A DNA stretch of 64,000 bases from Nitrospirales bacterium (GCA_965203295.1 CBDBCZ010000012.1:32001-96000); one strand, 5' to 3'; positions 1 through 14,447 are shown, counted from the first letter of the stretch. Made by a program: numbers and translations. Notes: generated by a model not told the origin, from the sequence alone.

Positions 1-3000
1 GAGTTAGGGTCAGGGTTAGACTTAGGGTTAGGGTTGGGGCTAGGGTTAGACCTACCGAGAGGGTTAGTTTGTAGTTTTTTGAATGTGCAATGCAATTTAT
101 GGAATGCACAACGCAATTTATACAGATAGTTCCGATTCATAGAAAGAGCCTAACATGTGTATGTATTCCAGCACTGTAGCCATGTCTACACGTATGACTC
201 TTTCACTATACTGTGTAGGAGAAGCTGGGGAATTCGACACTGCAGAGCAGCGAGAAAGAGAGATTGTCAGACAGAAGCTTAGAGCTAGAGGAGTGAGTCG
301 ATTTTATTATAGTGGTTGAGGGGGAAGGGAAACATAATATCAGGCAACTTGAGTTTTAAATAGTTACATGCTGAAAAAGGGGTATTGGTAAGGTACATGT
401 ACATGTAGAGTAGCCTCGAACTCAGGCCTTCTACGCAGATTTTTTTGCAGCCTTGGCAAAAATCTGCGTGGAAGGCCTGGGTTCGAGGCTACATGTAGAG
501 TGAGCTGGCTCCCATTTGCATGTTACAGGCATCGTCTTCTCACAGTGTTTGAATACCTATAGGGAAGTTGTAGCAGTATATCGAGGTACATGTAATAGTT
601 AGATCATGCCTGAGAGATTTGTTAGCATTACACAAGGTTTATTGAATATCACAGAGTATACTTCCGATAAACCCCTCAGAGGTGTGGTCTAACTAGTTTG
701 TACCATCGTGTTTAGTTTAGTCTAGCTGGCTTCAGTGGTGGTCAGCTCAGCTATTTTGACACTCGGTTTGGCCAAGTGGGGCATCGTACAGTTTTCTTTT
801 TGCTGTCGATAATATTCATCATGCTAACTATAATGCAGCAAATAAAAACAGAATAAGCAAGGAAAGCCGTTTCTTGCTACTGCTACTGTAAGTACATGTA
901 CGTATGTGCACCTCAGAGAATTGCATATTGCACTCACTGCATGTGTCTTCAGCTTACTTAGTATCCTGTCGTCATGCACCTACATGTAAGATGACCACAC
1001 GTACATGTACCTTGGTGCAACTGTGTATTATCTACATACATGTAGCTTTACTTGAATAAATTGAAGGTCCCATAGCAGCCAGTTAAATTTAATTAGAACA
1101 TTGCTACACATGTCTTCCGTATGTATTTAAAATTATGTGTATTTGTCACAGATCACTGTAGACTCAGCACCATCTCAGCTAGCCTCAGAGTACTACACAT
1201 CGGAGGAAATCGTATCCTTCAGGAAACCCAGGAAGAAGAGAAGGTGCTAAAAGCTGATGATTTACTGCCGCTTCCTGATGCAAGGGACCGTGGGTCAAGG
1301 TGTGTACTCTTGTTTGTGACCTCATTGTGCATCTAATGTGCGAAAGAACTGTTTAAGGCACCAGCCATATTAATGTCAGAGATAATTAACGGGAAACTTT
1401 GTAGCTGAAATGAGCGTTCATCATGTCTACCCCTGCTCTGAGATCTAGAAATGCACAGTGGAGAGGCTATTCTGCTGGTGCTTAATTAGGTTTCACTCTT
1501 GTTTGTTCTTTCTGGTTGAAGTATCAGTTTGACATTTTAACGTAGATTTAAGCCAAAGTGTTGTAGAATGGTACTATTTAGATATGTAATAATGCTTTCT
1601 TGCATGTAACATGTATCTTTTCAGGGACCATGGTAGTAGGAAGCACGAAGATGGGGAAGAGAGTGCAGAAATGGAGGTGGATGTATCGTCACATGGTAAG
1701 GGACAACAAAAGTACTGTGTACTGACCGTATTTCCACGATCAGACACCATGCCTGATTAGTTACTGCCCTCAAGTTGTAGCTGCACTTGAAGCTACATGT
1801 AGAAGTGCTGAAGGAAAGTAGCTGCGGGTAAAATTTAAGTCTTGCAAAAACAAGCAACACAATAGTGTGGCTTTTTCAAGAGTGGAGTTTAATTAATGTA
1901 GGAAGTGGCTACCCAAGTTCACCTATGTGCCTGCGGATGTATCAAGGCTGCTCATGGCTCTATATCTTTCCTATAAAACTGGTATCATTGTGCTTTGTGA
2001 TATAGCTTTTCAGGCACAACCAAGTGTGCTGTTTGTATGTCGCTGTATAGCCAGCATACTGCTCAGTGTAGTAAACACTGTCCTTAGTCATCACCCAAGA
2101 ATAGTAGCCGCAACGTCTGATCGCAGATAATTATTTTTGGTAGGCTTGCATGTATGTACATAGCTCAAACTGAAGATTGTTTAGTAGTGTGTATAGTCTG
2201 CAGAGGAGTGCTGTTCGTGGATCTCTGGAACAATCTGTATTGTTTTATTTTAGTGTTCCAGTTTTGAATGCCAGAAGAAGGTCCAGATTGATGGATTTTA
2301 GTTGAATTGAATATTGTTCCAGAGAATGACGAATAACTCTCCTGCCTATTTAGGAATAAATCCCACCATAACCATGGCTCTACACTGTACAACTGTGTAT
2401 GTGCATAGCTACGTACATATATAGCCTAAATTTCAGGTCTGCGACTTTTTTTGGTTACACGAAAGTTGTCACAGGGCCTGGGGTCTAAAGTTACGCGCAC
2501 GAGGCCAAGAGTGGAGAGGTAGTAGAACGGTAATTATGAGAGTGGACAAATACAGTTGTAATTCTCAGACAACAAAGGGGAAGGTAGCGAATCTACACTT
2601 CTTGCAGCTTTAATTATTTTCTTCACAGCCCGTTTTTATCATAGACTTACCGCTGAAACAAGTCTCTGATACAATGGCAGCCGTCTTTCAAAGCAGATAA
2701 TAACATAAGTTGATCACGTAACTTTTAAGATGCCAGACCCTGTGACTTTCTTATGTATCTGAAAAAGTCGCAGTCCTGGGAACGAGGCTGCAGGATTATT
2801 GCAAACAACAAACCCTGGAGGGAGAGACCTTTAAGGGCCACACTGTTTATTTTTTATTATACGTATCACTTTACACAAGTACGTGTCTCGTGTTTCCAGA
2901 CTCCACGATTGATGATCTAAAGGATGAAGTGGATAGTAAGGTGGACAGTGCTTTACAGCGGTGAGTATTTAGATGTCCTTTTTGATACACATGTACATCA

Positions 3001-4593
3001 TTGTGTATGTATGGTTCAAGGGACGTGTAGCTTGTTTTGCAGCCATGAAAGAAAGCATGGGGAAGGCCTGGAATCAACAAACCACAAAGTTCACAGGTTC
3101 ATGAGTACTCACATTTCAAGTACAAATGACAAATCTTAGCTGATATCACGCAAAGTCGAAGCGCCTCGAGTCGGTATACGTGGTATGATGTGCGCAACTA
3201 AATTTTTGCACTAGGCAACTTCGGATTGAAGTGACTGTGGATACTTAAAAATGTTAATGTGATTTTTTGAGCTGCTCTTCTTTTGCTTCCTTTTGACTTT
3301 GAAAACTACTCGTCACGTGCAGTTCTGGTAACATCATGTTGCTTCATTCACATTACATGTGACTTTAGCAACAGCAGACGTACGAAATGTGATGTTTGCT
3401 CCCAGGTTTTCCTCATGCTTTTTACCTCACCCGGTTTTGTTTGTTTGCCATTGTCATCATTGTCTGTCATATATAGTGTTTTTTGAAAAATATTTTTAAT
3501 GGGCGATTTAGAGGCCATAACTATGTCAAAGCAGGAGGTAACAATTTGAAAAAAAAGAAATTGTCGTGTGTGTGTACCTGATTGTGACTAAAGTGGTTCT
3601 AGTCCAACCCTTTCTTATTCAATGTGCGGCCTTTTGCTTGACACGTGTTTATATTGGAGTATACGTAGAGAAGCATCCATTTCATTAGTACTGCGATCAG
3701 TCACACCCACGGCTTGGATGCGGCCATACACGAGCACGGTATATACGTATCTTTCACGCTGTTAGGTCCAGTCTTTAGAGTCCAGTAGCGCAGGATATGT
3801 CTCTGCTAGAGACTTTAGTTTCTACAGCTGTGAAAATAGCTGTGTGGGAAGGCCTGCATAACCAAAATCTTTCTTGAATTTACATTAGGACCAGGCGTTT
3901 GTTGAGCCGAGGAAAGGCAGGGGTCTCAGGTGCAGCCAAAGTAGCCACTATGCTGGAGAGTGTTCCCGAGGTCAAAGAAGAGCCCTTAGATGAGATTTCA
4001 GGTACATATACATGTATGTATATACTTCTACATCAGAAGAGGTTGGAAGTGATCACGTGTACGTCAATTATGCATGATGTTATGTATAGCTAATAGTTTT
4101 CCATTAAGAAGGACACGGAAGGTATATTGACTTCTACAGTATCTGGCTTAAACAATGATTTGACATGTATGTCTCTACAACTTTTGTGGGGATGCCCCCT
4201 CAAAAACCTTAGCTTGTAAGTCAGTTAGCTTGCAAAATGTTTCGTAAAGCTACAGTAAGGTGTTTTACCACTCAAATTCTACTTTAAAAACTGCTAAACT
4301 TACACACGATCACTCGAGGAGCGGCTATTATTGCTCTCCCCTGCCTGAAGCGACTTCATTACGTCATCAGACAACATGGCTAATTGAATTCCACTGTATT
4401 GCACGTGATTGCTTCCAACTTCCTCTGCTTCTACAGGGTACAGTGCAACATTCTGTGTCTTTCATATTAGCTATAACAGTTATGTTTGAGCCTTACACCA
4501 TTTCCCTGCTAGCATCTAGCCATAGGGCACACTTTACTGGGCGTCGTTGCTGAGGTGCATGTGTTTTTATATTGAGGTACAGACAGTACTGAA
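1..4593 (+). repeat. Segmental duplication, partner at 42535-~47140 (offset 42534)
   Basis: The ORF track shows identical translations at 1121/43655, 1621/44155, 1927/44461 and 2165/44699. The copies look identical up to ~2850 and are diverged afterwards. Confidence 0.95.
410..491. repeat. Short hairpin repeat (TAGCCTCG..CGAGGCTA family), also at ~42944-43025
   Basis: ~34-bp arms with two mismatches, flanked by a duplicated ACATGTAGAGT. Related ends occur at ~2422-2790, ~60280 and ~62085. Confidence 0.75.
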
Positions 4594-5794
4594 CTTTAAC
4601 CTTATACCAAGTAATATCACCTCAAGTGTAGTTTACTGGCTTCTGCAGCACTGTATTCCACCACCTATATATGTGTATATCTAAAAATTAAATCAAGAAC
4701 ATCATTACTGGTGCTACCTACCTACCGCTTCTTTACTAACTAGTTTGGCCTACAACTTCTTCCAGTAGCTTCTGCAGTTGTGTTAATTGCTATAGGGGCA
4801 CAGTAATGCAGTGGTGTATAGCTTTCTACATGACATGTGTAATAACTGCAGATGCAGCGGTAAACATTTGAAAAACATGAAGCACAATTAAGAATGTAGG
4901 TTTAGTTGTCCAGAATAGGTCAGGCCAAGCTAACTGAATAACAAACTTTATTTTCACATGAATGCATAATTTTTATTCGTTGTTTCTTTTTTTCTTTTAT
5001 TGCTAACCTTGAATATTTCTCACAACTTAGAACATGCACTTATGTATCTCGATTACCCCAGCTACATTAGGTAATATAAAGTGTGGGGTCCGAGGAGTAA
5101 GAGCAATTAGAAGGACTGTCATATAAGAATTAGTGACCATTATTGTTTCAAACAGGAAGTACATACGTATGGTAAACAGATATCAGTGTCGTTTGTTTTC
5201 TTTATCCAGGAGATATATGGTGCTTAATGCCACTGCAGAGTTCTGTAGACAAGTGGGTGAAGAAGAGGAGGAAGAAAGAGGTGAGCTTGGCAGGTACCAG
5301 CTAGTACAACATGTAGCTTGTGGCTGTACCTCAGGATAAAGGGAGCTAATTAGCATGAGAGTAGGGAACAGTAAGCACCAGCAGCTCCAGCCAGATTCCA
5401 TATTGCATTACTGTGACCCTTTCGGTATATATGTACACGTGGACTAGTCTCATGAGCCAAGCAAGTAGCCTGTACGTAAGTTCACTCTAGGCTTTTTTCA
5501 GCAGCCTTGGAAATCTGCCTGGAGCTTAACTGAAGATAAATTTTACATTATTACTATAGAACGCACGGTGTATAGATGTTATATCCAGGCCTGTAGCACT
5601 ACACTCATGCAGTTATCAATCTCACAGCCACTGTGCATGTGAAAGCTATACTCGAGGATGACTAGCTAGATTGACAGTTACAGCAATACAGGGACACCGT
5701 ATAGCAGTAAAGCATGCTATGCTACCTCTCTTTGTCTGTAGCTACTTGTACTTTTGATGTGTTCATTGTGACTGTGCCTGTGGCTATGTTCAAT

Positions 5795-6179
5795 GGGGGG
5801 TCACTCCCATAGGCTCTGTAGTCACAACTGCGACCGCGGGTCAAAGTTTTGACCAGCTCTTTTCAGCGGTTTGACCATTGACTGCGCTCATTTGCGGCCG
5901 TTGACCTTTGACCGCTCTACAATTTTTAACATCGATTGTACGAGACTAGCCGCTCGATCCGAGTCTGCCAGAAAGCTCTCGAGTGATAAGCTGCGGAATG
6001 TTGTTCTTGTGTATGAGTCCATCTATTCTGTGCTGCGATCTGCCATTGTTAGCGTTGACTGCATTTTTGAGCACGCTTTGACCGTTGACCACACCCTTTT
6101 GCGCGGCTTTGACCGTTGACCATTGACCGACTGCGGTCGCAGTTGTGACTACAGCGCCTATGGGAGTGACCCCCCCCCC
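5795..6179. mobile_element. MITE with ~43-bp TIRs, superfamily unassigned
   Basis: GGGGGGTCACTCCCATAGGCTCTGTAGTCACAACTGCGACCGC and its inverse (1 mismatch), with internal TTGACC repeats. No clear TSD. Confidence 0.8.
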
Positions 6180-6964
6180 TTGATGTTGCCAGCCCATCGT
6201 TTTGCGTCTGGAAGGTGTAAATTGCGTGCCACTAGCTGCCACTATGAGCAGCCACTCCTTTGAACTGCTATTATCGAGTTGTTTTATTTTGTCAGTGAAT
6301 CAGCCCATGTCGTTTTACACTTCCTGACTGGATCCAAGACTACCTATTCAGCACTTGCATATTATAGCTGTCTGTTACGGTGAATATTGTAGTATAGAGT
6401 TATAAAGATTATGACACGACTGGTCAGTGGATACGGATTTTTTGAACCCGAGGTCGAAGATGTGGTGATAGCCCTCGGGCCATCACTCCCATCCTCTGTT
6501 TAAGTAAATCCCATATCCCACTCCCCAGCCACAGGCCATTGATTATTGCATGCCCGATGGCTGAACTTGAGAATCAGTGTACATGATCACATTTCACCTC
6601 ACACTGTTCAGAGCGGCTCAAGCCAGTGCATTATGAAGAAGAGCAGGAGGAAGATATGGAGACTGAGGTGGCACCACAGGAGAGCATAGGAGGATGGACA
6701 GAAGTCAAGCCTGATAGTGAGAAGCCAGCCATCCCAGGAGTAAGCCTTCGTGAAGTTTGGTGTTTTGGATGAGGATGTCAATACATGCATACCTGCACAC
6801 ACCCCCTCCCCACAGGAAGAAGACCTCTATCAAGAAGCCGAGCCAATTGTGGCTAGTGGGATTATAGCAGCCTTGCAGATGGCTACAAAAAAGGGCTTTA
6901 TTGCAGCATCTAAATCAAAGACAGGGTCTGGAGGAAAGGGTCAGGGTGATGCACAGAGAGACAG

Positions 6965-7116
<152 letters not shown>

Positions 7117-7911
7117 TTTAAAGGATACTTCGTGATTCATATTTTGTAGTACGTCTGGAGTTTATACAGACTGAATAGCAATGTGAATTAGCAGTGCTTA
7201 GCGTGTTACACAAATTTGGCTTGCTGAATAGAAACAGCAGATATGTTGTGCTGACTGCTGGTTTTTCGCGGAGACTAAGCTGTTGAAGGGTGCAGTTTTG
7301 AGGAGTGGATAAATTTTAGTAGAACAGGATTGATTTAGGGTGTTAGAAAATGATTTTAAAGTTTTTTAAAAAACTAGTTTAGAACTTTTATATTATTAAT
7401 TTTGGGATATTTGGATTATTACATTGTGTAATTGTGGGGACTAGGATAGTGCAACCTTCGGCTGCTCTAGCTTTTGCCTTCTAAGTGGAGTTCTTACAAA
7501 CTGCACCAACGTTTGCGGGTGTACAGTCAAAGGCATAAGCACTACAGCAGCAACACGAGTAGATTTATTTAGAAAGGGGTGTATAATGGTCTCATGTTCA
7601 AATATCCTTTTGTGGATCTCTGGGCACCTACAAGATTACGATTACCTCATTGTTGCATTATGTGTATGTATGTGTATGTTCTTGTTGTGTAGGGAATATG
7701 AACGTCAGAGAGAACGTGAAACGGAAAGGTTAGATAAATAAGTGTACATACGTGTTAACCAATCACTGCATAATTAGTATGTTTGTATAGTTGTCTAACC
7801 TCATTTCAGGCCCACACCATTTTTAGTTCCACGAACTGTCGCAGGGTCTGGTACGTATCTAAAGTCATGTGGGCAGGCCAGAGAGTAGAAGGGTAGTAAC
7901 AGAGGTAACTA

Positions 7912-8290
7912 CCGTATTTCCGCGATCAGACGCCGCCCTCGAATTATAGCCGCACCTCCGGAAGTGCTGAACGAAATAGTGGCCGCCCTCGAATAGTAGC
8001 CGTGGCTAAAATTCAAGTACCGCGTAAGCAATGCCCGCGAATCTATATTTTCGATACCTCTCCCCTCAAAAAACAGCTGGCATTGTAGCATGACGGCTTT
8101 TCGATAGTGTTGAGGCACGAACGGCGATTTTCAAACGGATTTAAACTGCTGTTGTACATTGCTGTGTAACCAGTAAGCCGCTCAATGTAATAAATGCCGC
8201 CCTCAATTAGTGGCCGCCCTCGAATAGTGGCCGCGGAAAATCGCGCGATGAAATAAATAGTAGCCGCGGCGTCTGATCACGGAAATACAA
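7912..8290. mobile_element. Tc1/mariner (pogo/Tigger-like) MITE in SART1 intron
   Basis: TA-CCGTATTTCCGCGATCAGACGCCGC ... GCGGCGTCTGATCACGGAAATACAA-TA, with internal repeats of GGCCGCCCTCGAATAGT. Confidence 0.8.
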
Positions 8291-10521
8291 TATAGAGCGA
8301 GGGCAGGTACAGTCGCAATTCTCTGTCAATAAGTGAAGGTAGCAAATCTACTCTTGCAGGTAGTCTGTACAGCCGCAAACCTACCACTGAAATAAAATGT
8401 GTAGTAAAATGTGGAGAAACACTGCTGTCTTTCAACCTTTTGACAGAATTGATTGTGTGACTTTATTATACGTGTTCCAGATCCCAGTTAGCTTGGCCTC
8501 ACCTGTTGCTGAGCTGAGCCTTAATTAGATGTGTCACTTCAAAATTTTCCTGCTGGTTTTTAGATCATATCTTTGTTTTGTAGTAAAAGCTGTGTGGGAA
8601 GGCCAACTACACGTGTGCACCCTCTAGAAACAGTACATGTGTTCCCCCTTTTAGTTTTTATTGTTCTCTACCCAGGGAACTTTCTCGTTATGATCGGGAT
8701 GCATCGTTTCCTGAAAAGAAAGGTTATAAACCGAACGTCAAGATCGAGTATGTTGACGACTCCGGTAGACTTCTGAATGCTAAGGAGGTAAATGATAACT
8801 GCAGCAGTTTCTAGATTCTGGTATGTGACTGTGCATGTGCAATGCTGTAGTATAGTAATGCAGGAATGGCAAACTGTTCGCTCACATGATGGAAAACCCA
8901 CCACCCATATAGTACACCCTCATAGTGTGGAATAGAAGGAGGGTAGGTCGACCACAAACCATGAAGTGTGTAGGTCAAGTGGCTCCTTAAAAAAGGTGTT
9001 ACTTGCATTCGAGTATTTCTCTTCTAAGACGTAAGCACACCCACTCTTAGTACACACTAGTACCCTCCTTGTTGTAATTGGAGGAGTAATGTGAATCTCG
9101 AGTAACAGCAAACCACTCTGAGTCAGTGGTGACAGCAGCTGTTAGTCTTCACTTTTCAGTATATTTGCAGCATCTGAAAATGGGTTGCCCTTAACTGTCA
9201 TCACCATTAGCACCTTCCACCATATTAGTACCCTAGACAATACATGCCAAAGAGGAAGGTATAGTACCTGCACGAAGCGAATAGAAAGAAATACTAGCTT
9301 GGCTACATAGAGAAATGGGAGCAAGATCGTAGGATTACTGTGTAAATGGCTCAAGATCTAGAGGAAGAATACATTTGCTACCACTCTACTTCTCCCTAAA
9401 TCTGTGGGCAAGCTTATACTACTATAAACAACCAAACGGCAGCTCATCCAGCAACTGTGCGATATTGTAGGTTTGGTTTTGATTTTTCCCAAACTGTGAG
9501 TTTAAGCGTGCAAACATTAGAATGCAATATGCACATGTATTAACACAATTCGCCTTCAAAACCTGAACTCTAACAATGTCTTCGGCAACCAGTTATCTTC
9601 CTACAAAATTGATTCTATTGCTGGACAGGCCCATGGGAATAGCAATGTAACTTCTTCCATCCCTAACTGTCTCTCGTAAAATGTTAAGCCTGGGATACTG
9701 TCTTTTTGCAGGCCTTTCGCTTTATGTCACACAAGTTTCATGGTAGAGGCTCTGGGAAAAAGAAAATGGAGAAGAGGATGAAGAAAATACAAGATGAGGA
9801 GGTACGTATTAGCCTGCTCTACTCAAACCTACCAACAAGACTTTTTTAACGCACATGTCTTAGTAACTACAGGACGTATGGCCCACACTTTTGTTATAGG
9901 TAATGTGTGCTTTGAGTGATTTATGGCACGAGGAGTGTAGTTGAGAGGCTGATACACCCCGAGGCAAAGCCGAGAGTTGTATCAGCCTCAAGACCATAGC
10001 ATTAGTGCCATATACGTATTACCTAACACACGATGAAGTGCACATTGCAGCATCGATTGCTTAAACTAGCTGTTCACTTCAGTCACCCATTTTATCGCTC
10101 GACATTGACATTGTCATTACTTTGCGTATCAAGGTGGTTACTAAGCGTTGCTAATGTACCCCGAATCCGATTGGTCAATGTCCCAGCAGTTATTGAATTA
10201 CTAAATTTGAATGCACTGTAGCTAGCTACTGGCAGTATTGTAGCTACGGGAGCTTTGGCAGGCCATATGGGCTTTTTATTTGCTTGTAATTGATGTAATA
10301 AGCTACTGCTTGTAGTCTGATTGATCAGCTTCTGCACCTAGTTTTATTGTATTTCTGTGTGTGTACGTAGCCACGCTGCCATTCTAATGCTAGGCCAATT
10401 GACTACTAATCAGCTCTTCATGCCTGCTGCTGTTGCTAGAGGAATTTTTCTGCTTCTACCAGTAGCTATGTAGTATTTTTGAAAGCTGTGTTTTTACTGT
10501 TTTGTGTCAAACTCCAACTTT

Positions 10522-10972
10522 TTACCAGCCGGAGTGCGCACAGCGCGCGAACGGCTGGTACTAAGATTGCTTTACGTTTTCCGCGTCTGTTTGTTTGTTT
10601 GTTTGTTTGTGCGTCCGCACTTATCACGTGCGCAATATATTACGTCATACGTTACTATGCAACTGCAGTGTATAGCAGCTTTTGGAGGTTTGCGGGCCAA
10701 GCTACAGCAAATGAAGGTAGTTTTGTGTTGCCTAGATGGCGAAAACGTGGTAGGTAGCCGTAAAAATCCTGTTTTGGTGACGTATAGCTTCTAACTGGAG
10801 GCGCATGACGACACTGCTGAGTCAGCACTTTCGCTGTACGGCTCTAGGAATATAGTCTCTATAGGCCCTAGGCCCTACCACTGTAGTTTAATAGCTTAGC
10901 CTAAGCTGAGTTGTGTGTATTGTACGGGAAAGGCGTCCGGCTGTTTTTTTAGACATGAAATGTCAGACTTTT
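10522..10972 (+). mobile_element. Short copy of HINE family A
   Basis: Same 5' end, microsatellite and 3' end as 14446-15778, lacking ~900 bp of internal sequence. Confidence 0.8.
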
Positions 10973-13661
10973 TAGTTCTGTAGGCTTACTCTGCAGTATT
11001 GACTTTCCAGATATCTGGCAATTCTTGTTGGACATTATTGCCCAGAAAATATTAGCACACATGACTCAATACGAATTTTATTGTACAGGCTGCTCCTTTG
11101 ATATACCTACGCAAGTCAAATTAAATGTCTAATGCTGAACTACAGCTGTGCATGGTTTGCACTTACAGGACTCTACAGCCACCAACTTTTGCGTGATAGA
11201 GTACGCTCAAAGTGCTCATTTAAGGCCATCATGATAATACCATTGGCTGTCAGAGCGTCCCAACGCACGCAGCAGTCAAAGTATAGCACTAAGTGATGAC
11301 ATCATATAATGACATTACAGGCTTCTTGCGTATTCTCACGCAATTGCGCTTTATTAGCAGACGTCACATTCGTGACAGACAGACGGACAAACTAACGTTA
11401 AAGTATAGATTAGTGTAATACATGTTTGTCATCATTGCCTGTTTGTCTGTAGCTGTGCATTCATTCATACATGCTCGCTACATGTGTATTACATGGATAC
11501 GGAGTCTGTATTATCTATGGTAAAAGGAAAAAACTCACCCAGTCACTGTAAGTACCGTACCTGTATAGGTTCTAATGGGATGAGTAGTAGGGTAAGTGAG
11601 GGGGTGTCTAAACAGTTGAAAATTGTCCGAACACGCAGCAAGAACTTTCATGGATTACCATCCCTACATGCATCTTGCCAACCACACACACACCACAATC
11701 CCTTCCATACCAACCATATTCACATCTAATTACTGTATCAAACTCCACAAGGCACCAGACTACACACTGGAATTTATCCTTAGCAGTAACTTGCACTCAC
11801 ACTGAACACTCCCTTCAGCACACCATAATTACCATGTTCATCAGCATCATTGCCCACCGCAATCCCACCAGCCACATTCACAATATAGGATATACGCAGT
11901 TCACAACCGACACTACATGTACAGCATATCCTACACTGCTACATGCACTATATATCTACATAGTGCTCCCTGCCTCACAGACAACTACTGTCACCATTAG
12001 CCAGACCCCTGAGTCACACAACTGCATAGAAACAATTAAAAATTATCAGAGAGTCGGTAGACTCTCTATGTAGGGATGGCACGGACACTCCATATATGCA
12101 ATATAAAATCAATGTTTCCAAATCTCTGCAAAAAATAAGCTTTAAGCTTTTATAGGGATCTAACCTTCATTTTCGGGGGTTCCTGCAACCAACAAGGCTC
12201 ACAAAGTCGCCAAAAAGCTTCGCTAAAGTAGAAAACTGGAAGCTGGCTGAACTACCAGTTTGTTCACGTTCTAATTCTGGTTTCTTGTTCTTCTTCTTCA
12301 ACGAGGCTAGCTCAAAATTGGTTCAAGTGATTGCCGTGATTGTAGCACGAAAGATCTTCATTTTCGAGCGCGCAGGTCCACGACAACATCATCTTCATAA
12401 CGATCAAACCGATTCTCGAACGTGATATACAGTGCGCTCTCTCGAGCTCTGCAGTCCAGTTTTACGCCATTTTATTATTTGTACGCATGCGCGGAGATTG
12501 TCACATGACATGCACTTGGCAACCATAGATCGTCATCGTGTGCTTTATAGTGTTGCTCTTCGGCAAATGGATCAGTGAACTTATTCGTGCGTCTGGAATA
12601 ATTACTTAGAGTGCACCTTTTTATTTTTACCAAGGTGAGTAGCTATTATAAGAACTTACTCGTGTCAGTATGAAGACAGCTAGCCCAACTACGTATGTGC
12701 GTTAAATAGAGTATGGATGCATAGAGCTAGGCTGGCTACATCTTCACTGGGCGAGGAAAGCCTCCGTACCTTACTCAAATAATTCTAGGCAAGGAAAGCC
12801 TGGGTATGAAGCATTCTCACGGTCTAGACTCACTTGGGGGGGAGAAGTGAGGCTGAGAGTTTCCATGTCAACTACAAGACTAAAAAGTGATTACCGCAAC
12901 ATGAGAGTAAATGGCATTTCTTCTGCTGGATAGAAGTTCAGCTATTCACAACTAAAGCCCAAACAGAAAATTGTGGTCGAGGCGTTAGATCTAATGTCAT
13001 AGCAAGCTGATCGCTGCTGTGCGGTTAGTATTAGTTATTAATTCTGCATTCTTTACACGCGACCAGTCTGGAATAATCACATTCTTCCATGGCACAGAAT
13101 GCTGTCCGTAGTGTCCAGACTCACTCCTCCCCCCGAGTGAGTCCGGCCCGTGAGATTGCTACTCTTACCTGTATTGCTAAGAAAAATTCACAAGTTGGGG
13201 TGTCCAGGATAACACGCCGAAATTTACCTCTGTCTCTGAAACTTTCTGTCTGCGTTTTCAGGTACCATGAACTGCTTTTTCTTACTTATTATCTATTGTC
13301 TTTACCTTTGGCAGTGCGGTCGGCTCGTTATGCATCTTAAGATAGAGTTCCAAATAGAGGTGGAGGTTTTTTGGGGGGAGGGAGATGCCCCTAGATCTCC
13401 TTAGAATGATGTCTGGTGTTCAAAACAAAAGCCCCTTGCCCCCCCACAAAGCAAAATTCCTGTATAAAACCCTGATCTATACTATGACAACCAAAAATAA
13501 TCTACAAACAGAAAAATTTAAGAAGAACCTTTAGGGATGGAGTGCCTGTCATGTAACAACTTATTTCATCAACTGGTATAATTATAACTTGTATTTAATG
13601 TTATACTATGAATTATTTATTACTGATTCTAACAAGCATTAAAAAAACACAGAAACAAGAA

Positions 13662-14447
13662 AATGAAAAAATTTCCAAAAAATTTAAAAAGATGTAGCGA
13701 TGGAGTGCCAAAAAGCAAGAAAACAAGGGTAGGGATAGCATGACGCAACATACACAGCCCCATCCCTACATCTTTTTCACATGTCAACTGCAATGATGGC
13801 CTAATTAATTCTTAACGGTCCTTCCTGTAGGCAGCACTGAGAAGGGGGTGGCCATGGGATGTGTATTGAAATTTAGGCTGTGTATGTAATTTTCAGCTTA
13901 TTTCCAGCCTCCTTAGTACCCAGACATACTTTTGTATGAGACGCACCAAACAGCAGCTCCTGCATTACAGAATCTATGTACAATCATGGGCTGAATTGCA
14001 TTCCGAGTACTAATAAGCCTGCATTGATATACATGCACTGTGTGTATGTTTGCTTGTATAAACACACTGTACAATGTATATACATGCAAACATGCACACA
14101 CTGTGTACATCCTCATTAGTACCCCACTTAAAAATATGTATCAATATAACATACAACATAGGCATAATTATACTTCAGACATAATACTAATGACGCAATT
14201 TACTGGTTCAATGGGTACATGCATGTAGCTGTGACATAATTATCAGAAAACCGTTGGCCGGTGCAAGTTGTCACTGGTTAAATGGGTATGACATCAATTG
14301 TATTGCAGTGCTACGGTTGCAGTGACATGTGAAAAAGATGTAGGGATGGGGCTGTGTATGTTGCGTCATGCTATCCCTACCCTTGTTTTCTTGCTTTTTG
14401 GCACTCCATCCCTACATCTTTTTAAATTTTTTGGAAATTTTTTCATT
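13662..14447. repeat. ~130-bp near-perfect inverted repeat pair (13662-13793 / 14317-14447)
   Basis: One substitution and one 1-bp indel seen. The arms contain CCATCCCTACAT motifs. Confidence 0.92.

Noticed and set aside
1..70. TTAGGG-like runs (also 42535, 47455; CCCTAA-like at 18710, 35950) as a telomere
   Set aside because: They are short, degenerate, internal to introns or repeats, and not terminal.
1240..1252. Micro-intron GTGCTAAAAG rescuing the SART1 frameshift
   Set aside because: 10 nt is far below spliceosomal intron size.
11484..12073. His/Thr-rich ORFs (also 22509-23000)
   Set aside because: They are CA-rich low-complexity parts of the Helentron-family repeat module.
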